A program made the position numbers and the translations under genes. A stretch of 64,000 bases of DNA from Fonticula alba ATCC 38817 (Eukaryota; Protista; Nucleariida): NCBI GenBank assembly GCA_000388065.2, contig KB932201.1. One strand, given 5' to 3'. A model generated the notes under the pieces. It searched no databases. It saw nothing but the letters and a program-made list of their open reading frames with translations, and had not been told where the DNA came from. Each line of letters starts with the position of its first letter. The stretch's first letter is position 1. Below, one piece after another: positions 20,994 through 30,647 of this stretch.

Positions 20994-23316
20994 GTCTCCA
21001 TATCCTGATCAGCCCCGAGCCCTGTCTTCTCGCCTGTCTGACCCTTTTGTCCTTCCTTTCTCCTCCCTGCAATTCCATCCTCGACCCGGGCCGTTGCTCC
21101 TGCTCTTGCTGTTGCCATCGTACACAGAGCTGTCCACGCGCGAGCTGATTCGCAGCAATGCGGCCAAGTTCCTGGTTGAGCAGTTGGCCGCCTGCTCACA
21201 CGCTGGCAGCGCTGCACTGGCCGACTCGCCGACCAGCGCCGCGGCCAATGTCACTCCTGCGCAGGCGGCTAACCTCTGGCGGCAGCGCCGGGTAGCTGGA
21301 GCCGCCGTGGCGGCCCTCTGCCGGCTGACATCGGCGGATGACTCGTCTCGCCAGGCGGTCCTGCGGGCTGGGCGCCACCGGCTGCTTCTGACCATGCTGT
21401 CGAATGCGGTGGCCCAGGCGCCGGTGCGCTTGGCACACCGGGACCCGGAGACCGGCTTTGGTCTTTGGGCACCGGGGCACTTCACCCTGGGCCAGGACCG
21501 GGTACCGGGCCCTGCCAATGGGGGGGACAGCCTTGGGGCTGGGTTCGCCACATGCGACACGGCCACCACCCTGTACCGGGCGGTGGAGTTGCTGGGCAAC
21601 CTGGCCCACGATGCGGATCCCATTCGTTTGTTGGATGCAGCCGATGCCCCGGGGATTCTAATGACCGTCCTCGCCCGGTTCCATGGCGGACAGGCGGTTG
21701 ACGGCGGCGGCGGCGGCGGCGGCGCCGAGGGTCCTGGCGACCGGGCGCCGGCCTATCGTGATGAAGAGCTGGCTCTGGCTGCGGCGGTGGCCCTGCACAA
21801 TCTGTCCCTGGACCCGGTGGCTCGGGCATCGCTCCATCGTGATGGGGCCTTCGGGCCACTGGTGGCCTTGGCCTGCCTCCGGGCGGATCTCCTGCCGGAG
21901 GTGGGAACCGCCGGGGCGACCGAGGTGCCCAAGCGCGAGCGCGGTGTCTGCGCCGGGCCCAGCCCGGCACGCACCGTGCAGCGCCTGCTACTCCGTGTGT
22001 TGCTGAATGTGTGCCAGGAGCCGCAGCATCTGGTGGAGTTGTACTGCCTGGCGGCGCATGGGGCCATCGGCCGGGTGGCCGATGCGGCCACCGCCCTCCC
22101 GAACCCGGGGGATGTAGATGAGGAGTTGGCCGACATTTCCGCCGTGTCGACCTACCTCCTGGCGGCGGTGAGTGCCATTACCCCGGAGGATCTGGCCGCA
22201 CATGCGGACGCCAATGAGGAGGGCGACACGCAGGAGGCCGGTGACGCGGATCTGGATGACGCGCCCGAGTCGGGCAAGGTACGTCATTGCTTTTGGCCCG
22301 TGTGCCATCGCCTCTGCTGGTGTGGGTTTCTCTTGCTCCCTCGTCCGTCTCCATTCTGACTGTCGGTCCCGTGTGCGGCTCCGCGTGTGTAGCTCTGGCT
22401 CCGACTGTCCTACAGCGGGACCACTCGCATGGCAACCATTCGCCGGCCGACCGCGGATCGGCCTCTGCGCAAGGCACATCTGGATGCGGTGGCCCGGCAG
22501 CGCTTCGGATCGGCCACGGCCGGCGTGTCGGCCGGGCGCATGGTCTTCTGGCACTGCGACTCCGAGGGAACGGAGCTGGCCATCGCGGCCGACGACGAGG
22601 CGGCCTACGTGTCGGAGATCCTGCTGGCCGGCGTGGCCGGGAGTGATGCCGATGCTCGGCTGACCTTGTCTCTGCGGTTGGCCATTCAGCCGCCAGGGGC
22701 CGGGGATTCGGACGATCCGGGGGCCCCGCCGCCCCCGTCCCTGGAGGCGGCCCCTCAGCGTGGGCGCCTGTTGGACGAGCTCCGGTTGATCTCCTCCATG
22801 GCCTCCAAGGGCGAGGAGGTGGCCACTGGTGTGATGGTTCCCCCGACCGGGGCGGTCACCTCGGCCTTTGGGCTGAAGAAGGTGGACCATGAGCAGATCG
22901 CTCGCGAGCGTGACGAGCGCCGTCGCCGCGAGAACCCGGTCGAGGCCCAACGCCAGGACATGTTGGCGTCCATCCGTCTGAAGGCCGCGCAGGCCGGCGA
23001 CGGGGACCTCTCGATCACCGACGCCGCGGCTGCCGTGGGAGTGAAGCTTCGCTCGGTCGAGCGCCACGCGCCTAAGCCAGTCTCCGATCCCCACGAGAGC
23101 AGTACGTTCTGCCGCCCTTTACTATGCTCTTCCTTCCCCCGGCAAGGGAGAAGACACATGAAGCTAACCTCCCCCTCCTCTCCCCTTCTCCCCTCCTCCC
23201 CGGCAGATTCTCTGATGCTGAATGTCGAGGCAGCCCGCCGGAGGATGGCCATCGCCGACGATCGCTACCACAACTCCTCCTCGTCAGACAGTGATTCCGG
23301 TGAGGATGACTGGTAG
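15996..23316 (+). CDS. Large multidomain protein: PH-PH, Pro-rich, helical/ARM repeats, PB1, 2x WH2-like, C, A(W); putative Arp2/3 nucleation-promoting factor (~1999 aa)
   Basis: Ten exons 15996-16055, 16138-16185, 16348-16869, 17001-17174, 17429-19241, 19369-19779, 19926-20927, 21128-22278, 22393-23101, 23207-23316 total 6000 nt in frame. PH1 HQGYLEKK..KFQRRWFVL..EMDSWISVI. PH2 GNLDKL..NWKSRYFVLRGYKLLYY..DVWLSAL. C-terminus SLMLNVEAARRRMAIA..SSSSDSDSGEDDW*. The 5' start is the least certain part. Confidence 0.8.
18074..18142 (+). repeat. Coding 15-nt tandem repeat (EPAVP-type)
   Basis: CGGAGCCAGCCGTCC-like units, about 4.5 copies, in exon 5 of the PH/WCA gene. Confidence 0.85.
18801..18868 (+). 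repeat. Coding 12-nt tandem repeat (DPAA x5)
   Basis: GATCCTGCGGCC units, about 5.5 copies. Confidence 0.9.
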
Positions 23317-24585
23317 TCTGAGGATGTGCGCTTCCCCTTTTCTCTCTCTCTCTCTCTCTCTCTCCCCCTCTTGAGGGTGGTTCCATCTCTACTCTTGTCT
23401 GTCGCTTTCCCGTGTCCCGTTTAGGCTCAGAATATACAGTTTTATGACTCCGGTGACTCGGTNNNNNNNNNNTCTCTACTCTTGTCTGTCGCTTTCCCGT
23501 GTCCCGTTTAGGCTCAGAATATACAGTTTTATGACTCCGGTGACTCGGTCCCTCCCCCCTTGTCCTGTCTCGCTACTCTGTCATTCCATCCCCGCCTGGC
23601 AATCCCGCCTCTCTCTCTCTCTTGGTCAATGTCGTGCCATTTTTTTGAGTCTACCTCGCGACTTGCTCGGGGGGGGGGGGGGGGGGGGCGGAATCTCGAT
23701 CGCTCAAGGCGGGGGGAGGAGCGGGGGTGCATGCATTCCGCGCAACACAATCACGTGCGTGATCATGCGCCTCATCGTGGCGTGCCTCGGGCGCGGAATG
23801 CGCGCATCCCCGGAGATGGCCGTATGGCACTCCGCCCGAACACACTGCCCTGCGTCGGGCGTCTGTGGAGGGGAGGGGGGGGGGGGGGTGCTTGCCGGCT
23901 ATTGACTAACTCTTTGGGAAAAGACCAACACCCCCGGCAAGGGTCCCGACCTACAGGGGAGAGCCCGGGCATTCCTGGCTATGGGCTCCGCCAGTCTCCG
24001 CGGGGGGAGGGGGCAGGGGTGACATTCTCCCAGGGCGCCATCCCCGTTGATGGCGGTGGTGGTGGCGGTGGCGGTGGTTGAACGCCGCCCACTCTTTATC
24101 CCCCCGCTCCTGGCGATGTTGGGCTTCCTCGGGCGAGGGCCTCTGACAGGGACGCCTCCCTCTCGGTCCGAGAACAGGGCCTCTGTTGTCCCTCTGCGTT
24201 TTCTTATCGGGGTGNNNNNNNNNNNNNNNNNNNNNNNNNNNNNNNNNNNNNNNNNNNNNNNNNNNNNNNNNNNNNNNNNNNNNNNNNNNNNNNNNNNNNN
24301 NNNNNNNNNNNNNNNNNNNNNNNNNNNNNNNNNNNNNNNNNNNNNNNNNNNNNNNNNNNNNNNNNNNNNNNNNNNNNNNNNNNNNNNNNNNNNNNNNNNN
24401 NNNNNNNNNNNNNNNNNNNNNNNNNNNNNNNNNNNNNNNNNNNNNNNNNNNNNNNNNNNNNNNNNNNNNNNNNNNNNNNNNNNNNNNNNNNNNNNNNNNN
24501 NNNATTCCCTCCTCTTCCACCCCACCCCCCCTTTCTTTCTTTCTCTCCCTCTCTCCATCCTCCCCCCCCCCCCTCCCATACAACC

Positions 24586-24784
24586 ATGTCCCACTCTCAG
24601 GGCTCCCACGACGGCGACATCCTCGACATGCTGCAGAAGGCTGCCGAGGAGGGTTCCTGCGCCACGCTGTTGCACGGTGAGGACGGCCAGAGCGCCACCG
24701 TCGACGAGATCTATGCTCTGCTCGTGGCCACTAGCCATGCTGTTGAGACCACGGTTACCAAGGTACTCCCGCTCTCTCACTCAC

Positions 24785-24821
<37 letters not shown>

Positions 24822-26114
24822 CTCTCATGGGATAGGCCCCTCCCTACGTGACACTGACTCGCCGCTTCCTACTCCTGCCGTCTCTCTCTCTCTCTCTCTC
24901 TTCCCCCAACTCCCTTCTCCAGGATAGCGAGGGAAATGTCACTGGCGTTGACACGCGCCTCCTCCCGCCGACCATCGTCTCCGAGGTTGCCGCCAACTCC
25001 AGCCTGATGACCCCCACCCCACCGATGACCCCGCGCGAGAAGGAGCCCGCCACGCCGGTCGTCTATGTTGATTTTGATTCCCTGACCGAGGAGCACTTCC
25101 GGACGGTCGCCCGCAAGGTGGTCAACGAGATCAAGTCCGGTGATGTGATTGCCCGTGGCTCCGGTGCCATCAAGTCCGCGGTCCTCGGTGTCGCGGTTGT
25201 CGAGTGGATTGTCAAGTATGCCGCCAGTCTACTGGTACGTGTTTTCTTCCCTGTGGCCATCCTGCCTTTCGTCATTTGTCCCCTTTTGTCCCCTCCCCCC
25301 TCCTCCCCTGTGCCGGCTGATGTTCACCTGGCTGACTGTGATTTCTCTCTCTCTCTCTCTCTCTCCCCCCCCCCGCCCCCTCCCGCAATCTCCTACACAC
25401 AAAGGGCATGGCTGGCCACTCGATTTCCAACGAGACTGCCGTCCTGATCGCCAACCGTCTGCTCGATCTGCACTACGCCTTCCCGACTGATCTGCAGGCG
25501 ACGCAGGATTTCTCCGATGCTAAGGCTTCCTTCCGGTGGATGGGCGTGCGTGACATCCCTCCCTTCTCTCTCTCTCTCTCTCTCCCTCCATGCATCTGCC
25601 TTTTCGCCCTTCTGCTGTCCATTCCTGACGCCTCCACAACCTTCCCCTTCTACTTCTCTCCTTCTGTTCTTCTTTCTCACCTTCCCCGGTTTGTTGTCCG
25701 GTAGCCTGCCATTCTGTCCGGAGACAAGAACGCCCTCGGTGTCATGCTGTCCCTGATGCAGGAGACCCTCGAGACCAAGGCCCAGAAGGTCATGATGCGC
25801 CAGATTGAGGGGTACGCGCATGGCTACGCACCGCCGGCCTTCGCTGCTACTTGGCTGCTGACATTTGTTTGCTGTACCCTGCCCCCCTCCCTCCTCCCTC
25901 TTGCAGCACCTTCTCTGAGGAGGTTGCCACCACCTGGATTCGTGAGAATGTTGGTGGCCTTGGCACTGATACCAAGGCCGCCAAGGAGATCTTCAAGATG
26001 CTGGTCAAGCGCGGGAGTGTCAAGAAGGCCGGGCTGCTTGCCGGGGTGTATGTCTGGCCCGCCAACAAGGCTGACGCCCCGACGTCCCCCTCGTCGGATG
26101 CCTCCTCCGACTGA
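24586..26114 (+). CDS. Tandem DEP-domain protein (~314 aa)
   Basis: Exons 24586-24762, 24923-25234, 25405-25545, 25705-25811, 25907-26114. DEP1 AVLGVAVVEWIVK..SNETAVLIANRLLDLHY..DFSDAKASFRW; DEP2 GTFSEEVATTWI..KAAKEIFKMLVKRG..VYVW. An upstream gap (24215-24503) could hide further exons. Confidence 0.65.
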
Positions 26115-26269
26115 GGGCATTGTTGTATACTCCTCCTCGCGTCGGCCCTGTTGTTTAGTTTCCTTCCTTTCTCCCCTCTCGCCCTCTGCGCCCCGTTGGT
26201 GAGATCAATACACATGTGAAAAATGCAAAATTGCCCGCCAACGTGTGTGCGCCTGTGCGTGCGCATGTT

Positions 26270-26300
<31 letters not shown>

Positions 26301-26337
26301 CTGGGAGTGGAACAAGCAGGTAAAGTGGTCCGGGCTT

Positions 26338-29082
26338 CTATGTTCCCCCCTCGAAGAGGGGCTTCTCTTCCGAGGGCGGCTGGTCTGCCGGATCGGAAAG
26401 CGTATGGTCGGAGGATGGGATGGTGATGTCGGCTGGCTCGGTGGATGCTGCCCGCAGCATGTTCGGAGACCGGTAGTCCGGGCAATATTCCAGCAAACAC
26501 CGCTTGACAATGGTCCAGTGGAGACCAAGCTCGCGGGCGATGCGCTTCACTGGCATCGGCGGATGACGCGCGGCCAACTCCATCAGGGTCCGAAGCCGGG
26601 AGTCACTGAGAGCGGTGGGCGGGTTATACTCCGGGAAGTGCCTGCGAAGGTGTCCCCGTGTCGCGGTCACACTGAGACCGATTTCGGTGGCGATTTGCGT
26701 CACCGAAAGGACCGGTCTATGTGCAACCAGCTCCCCCAGGCGGCTTTGGATGTTTGACAGGAGGGCTTCCTGGCGGGCAGCCTGATAGTCGGGAAACAGC
26801 CGCCGAAGGTGCGTGGCCACAGTTTGGGGATGGACGCCAAAGTGCCGGGCGATGGCGCGAAGACTGAGTCGCCGCCGGGCCATGTCCACCAGCTCGGCCT
26901 GCTCCTGGAGGGAGGAGAAGGCCCGTGTGCTTGATCCAGGGGTCGGCGTATTCCGAGAGGACAACCCTGCGGCGGGTGAGTGGCCAGGCGAGGATACGGC
27001 GACCGGAGGAATGTCCGAGGCCAGGGTGGCCAATGAAACGGGCTCAGCACCCGAATGCGAGCCCACAAGTGAGGCCGAGACACCGTCCATCGGCTCGCCA
27101 TCGCTTGCCTGGTTGTCCAAGCTCGGGACTTCGAGGTTGTCCTGCTGGGAGCCCTCCGGGAGGGGAGGCGCCCTGTGGGGGCTTTCCATGGCCGAGGGCT
27201 GGTGCTTGGGCCGCGCATCGGCCAGCTGGTGGGACCGCGCTCCGGCAGGGGCCCGGGACAGGTGCCGCTGGAGGGTCTTTCGCACGAGGGATTCCGGCAC
27301 GAGGAGCTCATTTGCGATGGCGGCCATGGAAAATCGGGAGTCCTTGGTGCCGGTTCGGGCCAAGGTCAAAATGCGGCTCTTGATGGTCGGCGTGGCGTCG
27401 GGCAATTCGACCCGCAAGTCCGGATGGCGTCGCCGCAATCTGGCCACAATCCACAAGACGGTCGATTCGGCCAGGCCAAAGCGCTCGGTCAAGTGCGACA
27501 GCCGGGCCGCGGGCGTGCTTTGGCAGAGGCGCAAAAAATCCCGCAACTGGGCAGCCGAGAGCCACCGAGCCACCATGCCGTCATACTCCGGAAAAAGGCG
27601 ACGAACCTGCCTTCGGGCAAACGGAGCCGAGGTGCCGAGCTCCGCGGCGATGTAATTCAATGGCGGCAGGGGATTCTGCGCCAGCAGGGCCTCGAGACGT
27701 GCCTCCAGTTCGGGAGCAAGGGGACCGGCCTGGCGAGCTTTGGATTTGCCACGGGTGTTGGGGCTGGGCGTGTCCGAGCGAAGATGCGGCATATGGAGGG
27801 TAAGGTACTCGCGATACACGCCGGCCAGGCTGGCCAGCTCCAGTATGTTCAAGGTCGGGTTTTGGGCAGCCAGCTCGCCGATGCGCGCATTCACCCGCGC
27901 ACAAGGACGAGTGCTACTCGGGTGGCGATGGTCCGGGCAGAGCCGGGCGATGGCCTTGCGAACGGCCTTCTGCTCGGCCCCCAGCGCCAGAGCCATCTCC
28001 GAAACGGAGAGGATGGGATCCCGTCGGGCGCACATGGCCACCAGGGCAGCCTCATCCGCCGGTGACAGGTGCGAGGCCTGCGGCGGGGTGAAGCCCGGGC
28101 ACACGCGTGGCAGGTGCCGGAGGGCAGTCACGGCCGGGATGCCAGCACGCCGGGCCATGTCGACGACAGTGCGGCATGTTGGATCGGCAGCCGCCTGGCG
28201 AAGGGCCTCCTCTTGCGCCGGGGTTGGGATGAGGGTCCGTGCCGGGGTGAACCCCGGCACATGGAGTTGGATGTGCTTCTGGGCCACGGCCGCCGACATG
28301 CCAAGGGCATTGGAGATGTAATTCAGACTCGGGGGGAAGACCGGCTCGGCGGTCAGGCGCCGGAGCAGAGCCAGCTTCCCCGGGTCCAGGGGGCTCATTG
28401 TTGGGATGTCCTGTGTCCAGTATTCCGGAACCAGTCGCCGGAGGTGGCCGCGCGTCTGCTCGGTCGACAGGCCCACCTCGGCAGCGATGGCAGCCACCGG
28501 CAACGGGGGCCGCATCTGGGCCAGGTCCAGCAGGTGGGTCTCCTGTTCGAAGGAGAGCATGGCTGTTCGAGGCCGGAAATCCGGGAAAAGGCAGGCCAAA
28601 ATGTGGCGCACCTGGGCCAAAGTAAGGCCGACGCGCTGGCAAATGTAGCTCAATTGCGGGGGTGGGTCAAGTTGGACGAGCTCGGCCAGGGTGGCCTCTA
28701 TCTCCGGGGTGAGGGCCCGAATGACCGGCGGAGAGTACTCCGGACACAGGCGCGCCAGGTGCCACAGAGCGACCGTCGGCGAGACGCCCACCTCACGAGC
28801 GATACCATGTAGATGCAGCACCGGGTCCGTTCGTCGGCCCAAATCCTGCAGGGTATCCTGCTGGAAGAGGGTCAAATCCGACCCAGGCGGGGCCTCATGG
28901 CTGGAAAGGGCAAAAAGAGCACCTTCCCCCGGGGCAGTGGCTGTAGTAGCAGCAGTGGCAGCAGTGGTCGTGGCCAAGCGTGGCCGCTGGATGGCGGAGG
29001 GATGTGTCAGACGTGCGGGCCGCCATTCTGGGGGGGGGGGGGGGGGGGGAGGGGCGGAGGCGCGCCAAGCACAGGAATACAC
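26338..29082 (-). CDS. Protein with 13 tandem ~50-aa helix-turn-helix repeats; true start uncertain
   Basis: Uninterrupted 914-codon ORF that begins at GTG, not ATG. Recurrent unit Lxx(E)xxLxELAxxxPxLSVxxIAxELGLSxxxVRxHLxRLxP(E/D/G)(Y/F). Confidence 0.8.
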   Translation of the reverse strand: MYSCAWRASAPPPPPPPPEWRPARLTHPSAIQRPRLATTTAATAATTATAPGEGALFALSSHEAPPGSDLTLFQQDTLQDLGRRTDPVLHLHGIAREVGVSPTVALWHLARLCPEYSPPVIRALTPEIEATLAELVQLDPPPQLSYICQRVGLTLAQVRHILACLFPDFRPRTAMLSFEQETHLLDLAQMRPPLPVAAIAAEVGLSTEQTRGHLRRLVPEYWTQDIPTMSPLDPGKLALLRRLTAEPVFPPSLNYISNALGMSAAVAQKHIQLHVPGFTPARTLIPTPAQEEALRQAAADPTCRTVVDMARRAGIPAVTALRHLPRVCPGFTPPQASHLSPADEAALVAMCARRDPILSVSEMALALGAEQKAVRKAIARLCPDHRHPSSTRPCARVNARIGELAAQNPTLNILELASLAGVYREYLTLHMPHLRSDTPSPNTRGKSKARQAGPLAPELEARLEALLAQNPLPPLNYIAAELGTSAPFARRQVRRLFPEYDGMVARWLSAAQLRDFLRLCQSTPAARLSHLTERFGLAESTVLWIVARLRRRHPDLRVELPDATPTIKSRILTLARTGTKDSRFSMAAIANELLVPESLVRKTLQRHLSRAPAGARSHQLADARPKHQPSAMESPHRAPPLPEGSQQDNLEVPSLDNQASDGEPMDGVSASLVGSHSGAEPVSLATLASDIPPVAVSSPGHSPAAGLSSRNTPTPGSSTRAFSSLQEQAELVDMARRRLSLRAIARHFGVHPQTVATHLRRLFPDYQAARQEALLSNIQSRLGELVAHRPVLSVTQIATEIGLSVTATRGHLRRHFPEYNPPTALSDSRLRTLMELAARHPPMPVKRIARELGLHWTIVKRCLLEYCPDYRSPNMLRAASTEPADITIPSSDHTLSDPADQPPSEEKPLFEGGT

Positions 29083-29568
29083 ACCTTCAGAGGGGCCGAG
29101 CTGGCCGAGTCAGGGTCGTCCGCCGGGGCCCGCCTCATCTGGCAGCGGCGGCGGTGACGGCAGCAGCGGGTGACAGAGGGAACGCCAAGGGGAGAGGGAG
29201 AGACGAGGGGGATTTGCGTGATCGAGATGCTCCGGCGCAAGCGCACGGAGGCCGGGGAGGGAGAGGGGGGAGCGTGACTCGCGGGATGGGGGCCGCGGCC
29301 TGGAGCTAACGCGGCGGCTGACAAAGGCCGCTCGAGGGCCCTGCCCGGTGGTGGCACAGCCATCTCCCCAAGATCCCCTTCTGCCAGCAAAAGCGTCCTA
29401 CGCCAGCCGGCAGTACAGCGGGTGCGCGGGAGGACCACTGGATTGTTTCACCGAGAGCGGCGCTGTGAGGCCCCCCCCCCCCCCGCATGGAGTGGCGATC
29501 TCGCGGCCACCGGGCGATGCGCATTTTCCGTGGTGCTTGATATTGGATTGGAGTCCCTGGGCACCCAT

Positions 29569-29647
29569 GGTTGGATGGCCGAGTGGTTAAGGCGCCAGTT
29601 TAAGGCACTGGTGGGAAACCGCGTGGGTTCGAGTCCCACTCCAATCA
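29569..29647 (+). tRNA. tRNA-Leu(AAG), intronless, type II variable arm
   Basis: Acceptor GGTTGGA/TCCAATC+A; D-arm GCC-GAGTGGTTAA-GGC; anticodon arm CCAGT-TTAAGGC-ACTGG; T-arm GTGGG-TTCGAGT-CCCAC; followed by a T-run terminator. Confidence 0.95.
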
Positions 29648-30647
29648 AAGATTTCTTTTTCCCGCGATCGCCAGCCAGGCCGAGACGGGTCACCCGCGCC
29701 GCCGCCAGGGGGGGGGGGGCTCTTTTCGCGGAGTTCGTTTTTGCGAGTATTTTTCTTCCGCGCCCTGCGGCGGCCCGGGAGGCCGGGGCGCCGGGGGGGG
29801 GGGGGGGCACTCCGCTCCGTGGAGGAAGAATGCCCCTCGTCCCGCGGTCGGTCGCCCCATGCCAACAGACCGCCGGGCCGCATGTGGCCGAGATGACCCC
29901 CCTGGGTGGGGACGAGTCTCCGGGGGGGGGGGGGGGGGGGGGGGGGGCGGCAGGCCCACGCGCCAGGGTCCCCTTTTTTATTCGCAGCCCAGCTTGAGAG
30001 GGCCAGATGTGTAGTCTCTAGCATCCGGGCCCGGTGTAGTGGGGGTTGGCGGGCCGTTGTCCCGGCGGCCCACCTGCCAGCGGGAACCGTTGCGTTGATC
30101 CGCGATTCCCAGGCCCCGCCTCGGGCGGGCCAGGGCAGCGGGTGGCAGGGAGGGGGGGGGGGGGGGGGCACACGCGCGCACGCCCATGGTGCCCGATCCC
30201 GCGCGCCTGGGCCGGGACAGTTTCCATCGGGCCGATTGGTCGATCTGATCCCGGCGGCAGGTGCGCCTGCCGGCCGATTGGGGGGGATTCCGGCCGGTCG
30301 GCCGGCCGGAACGGAGGGGGCTCCCACCTCTCGGTTTGCGCCTTTTCCCCGCTCTTTCTTGTCCCGCCTGTCCCGCCTTCCCCCACTCATTATCGCTCTC
30401 CATCTATGGCCTCCGGCCTGCTGCGTCCTCGCCTTCCCCCGAATATTCGCGCGCCGGCCCATGTCTGGTGGGCATCAGCTTGAAAGGGATCTGTACTCAC
30501 CACCATGTGCCCTGGGCCTGGGAGCCAGACACTCCCTCCCTTGCTCACTTCTCCTCCGCTCTCTCTCCTTGTGTCTCCCCNNNNNNNNNNCCTCCCAGTC
30601 TCAAAACCTCCCTGCTTTTTTTTTGGCCTCCCTCCCCTTTGCAGACA

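Noticed and set aside
23386-23549. Perfect 77-nt direct repeat flanking a 10-N gap
   Set aside because: Identical copies on both sides of a nominal gap indicate an unmerged contig overlap, not a TSD or LTR.
26338-29082. HTH array interpreted as an active transposase
   Set aside because: No DDE/DDD catalytic domain, terminal inverted repeats or target-site duplication visible.
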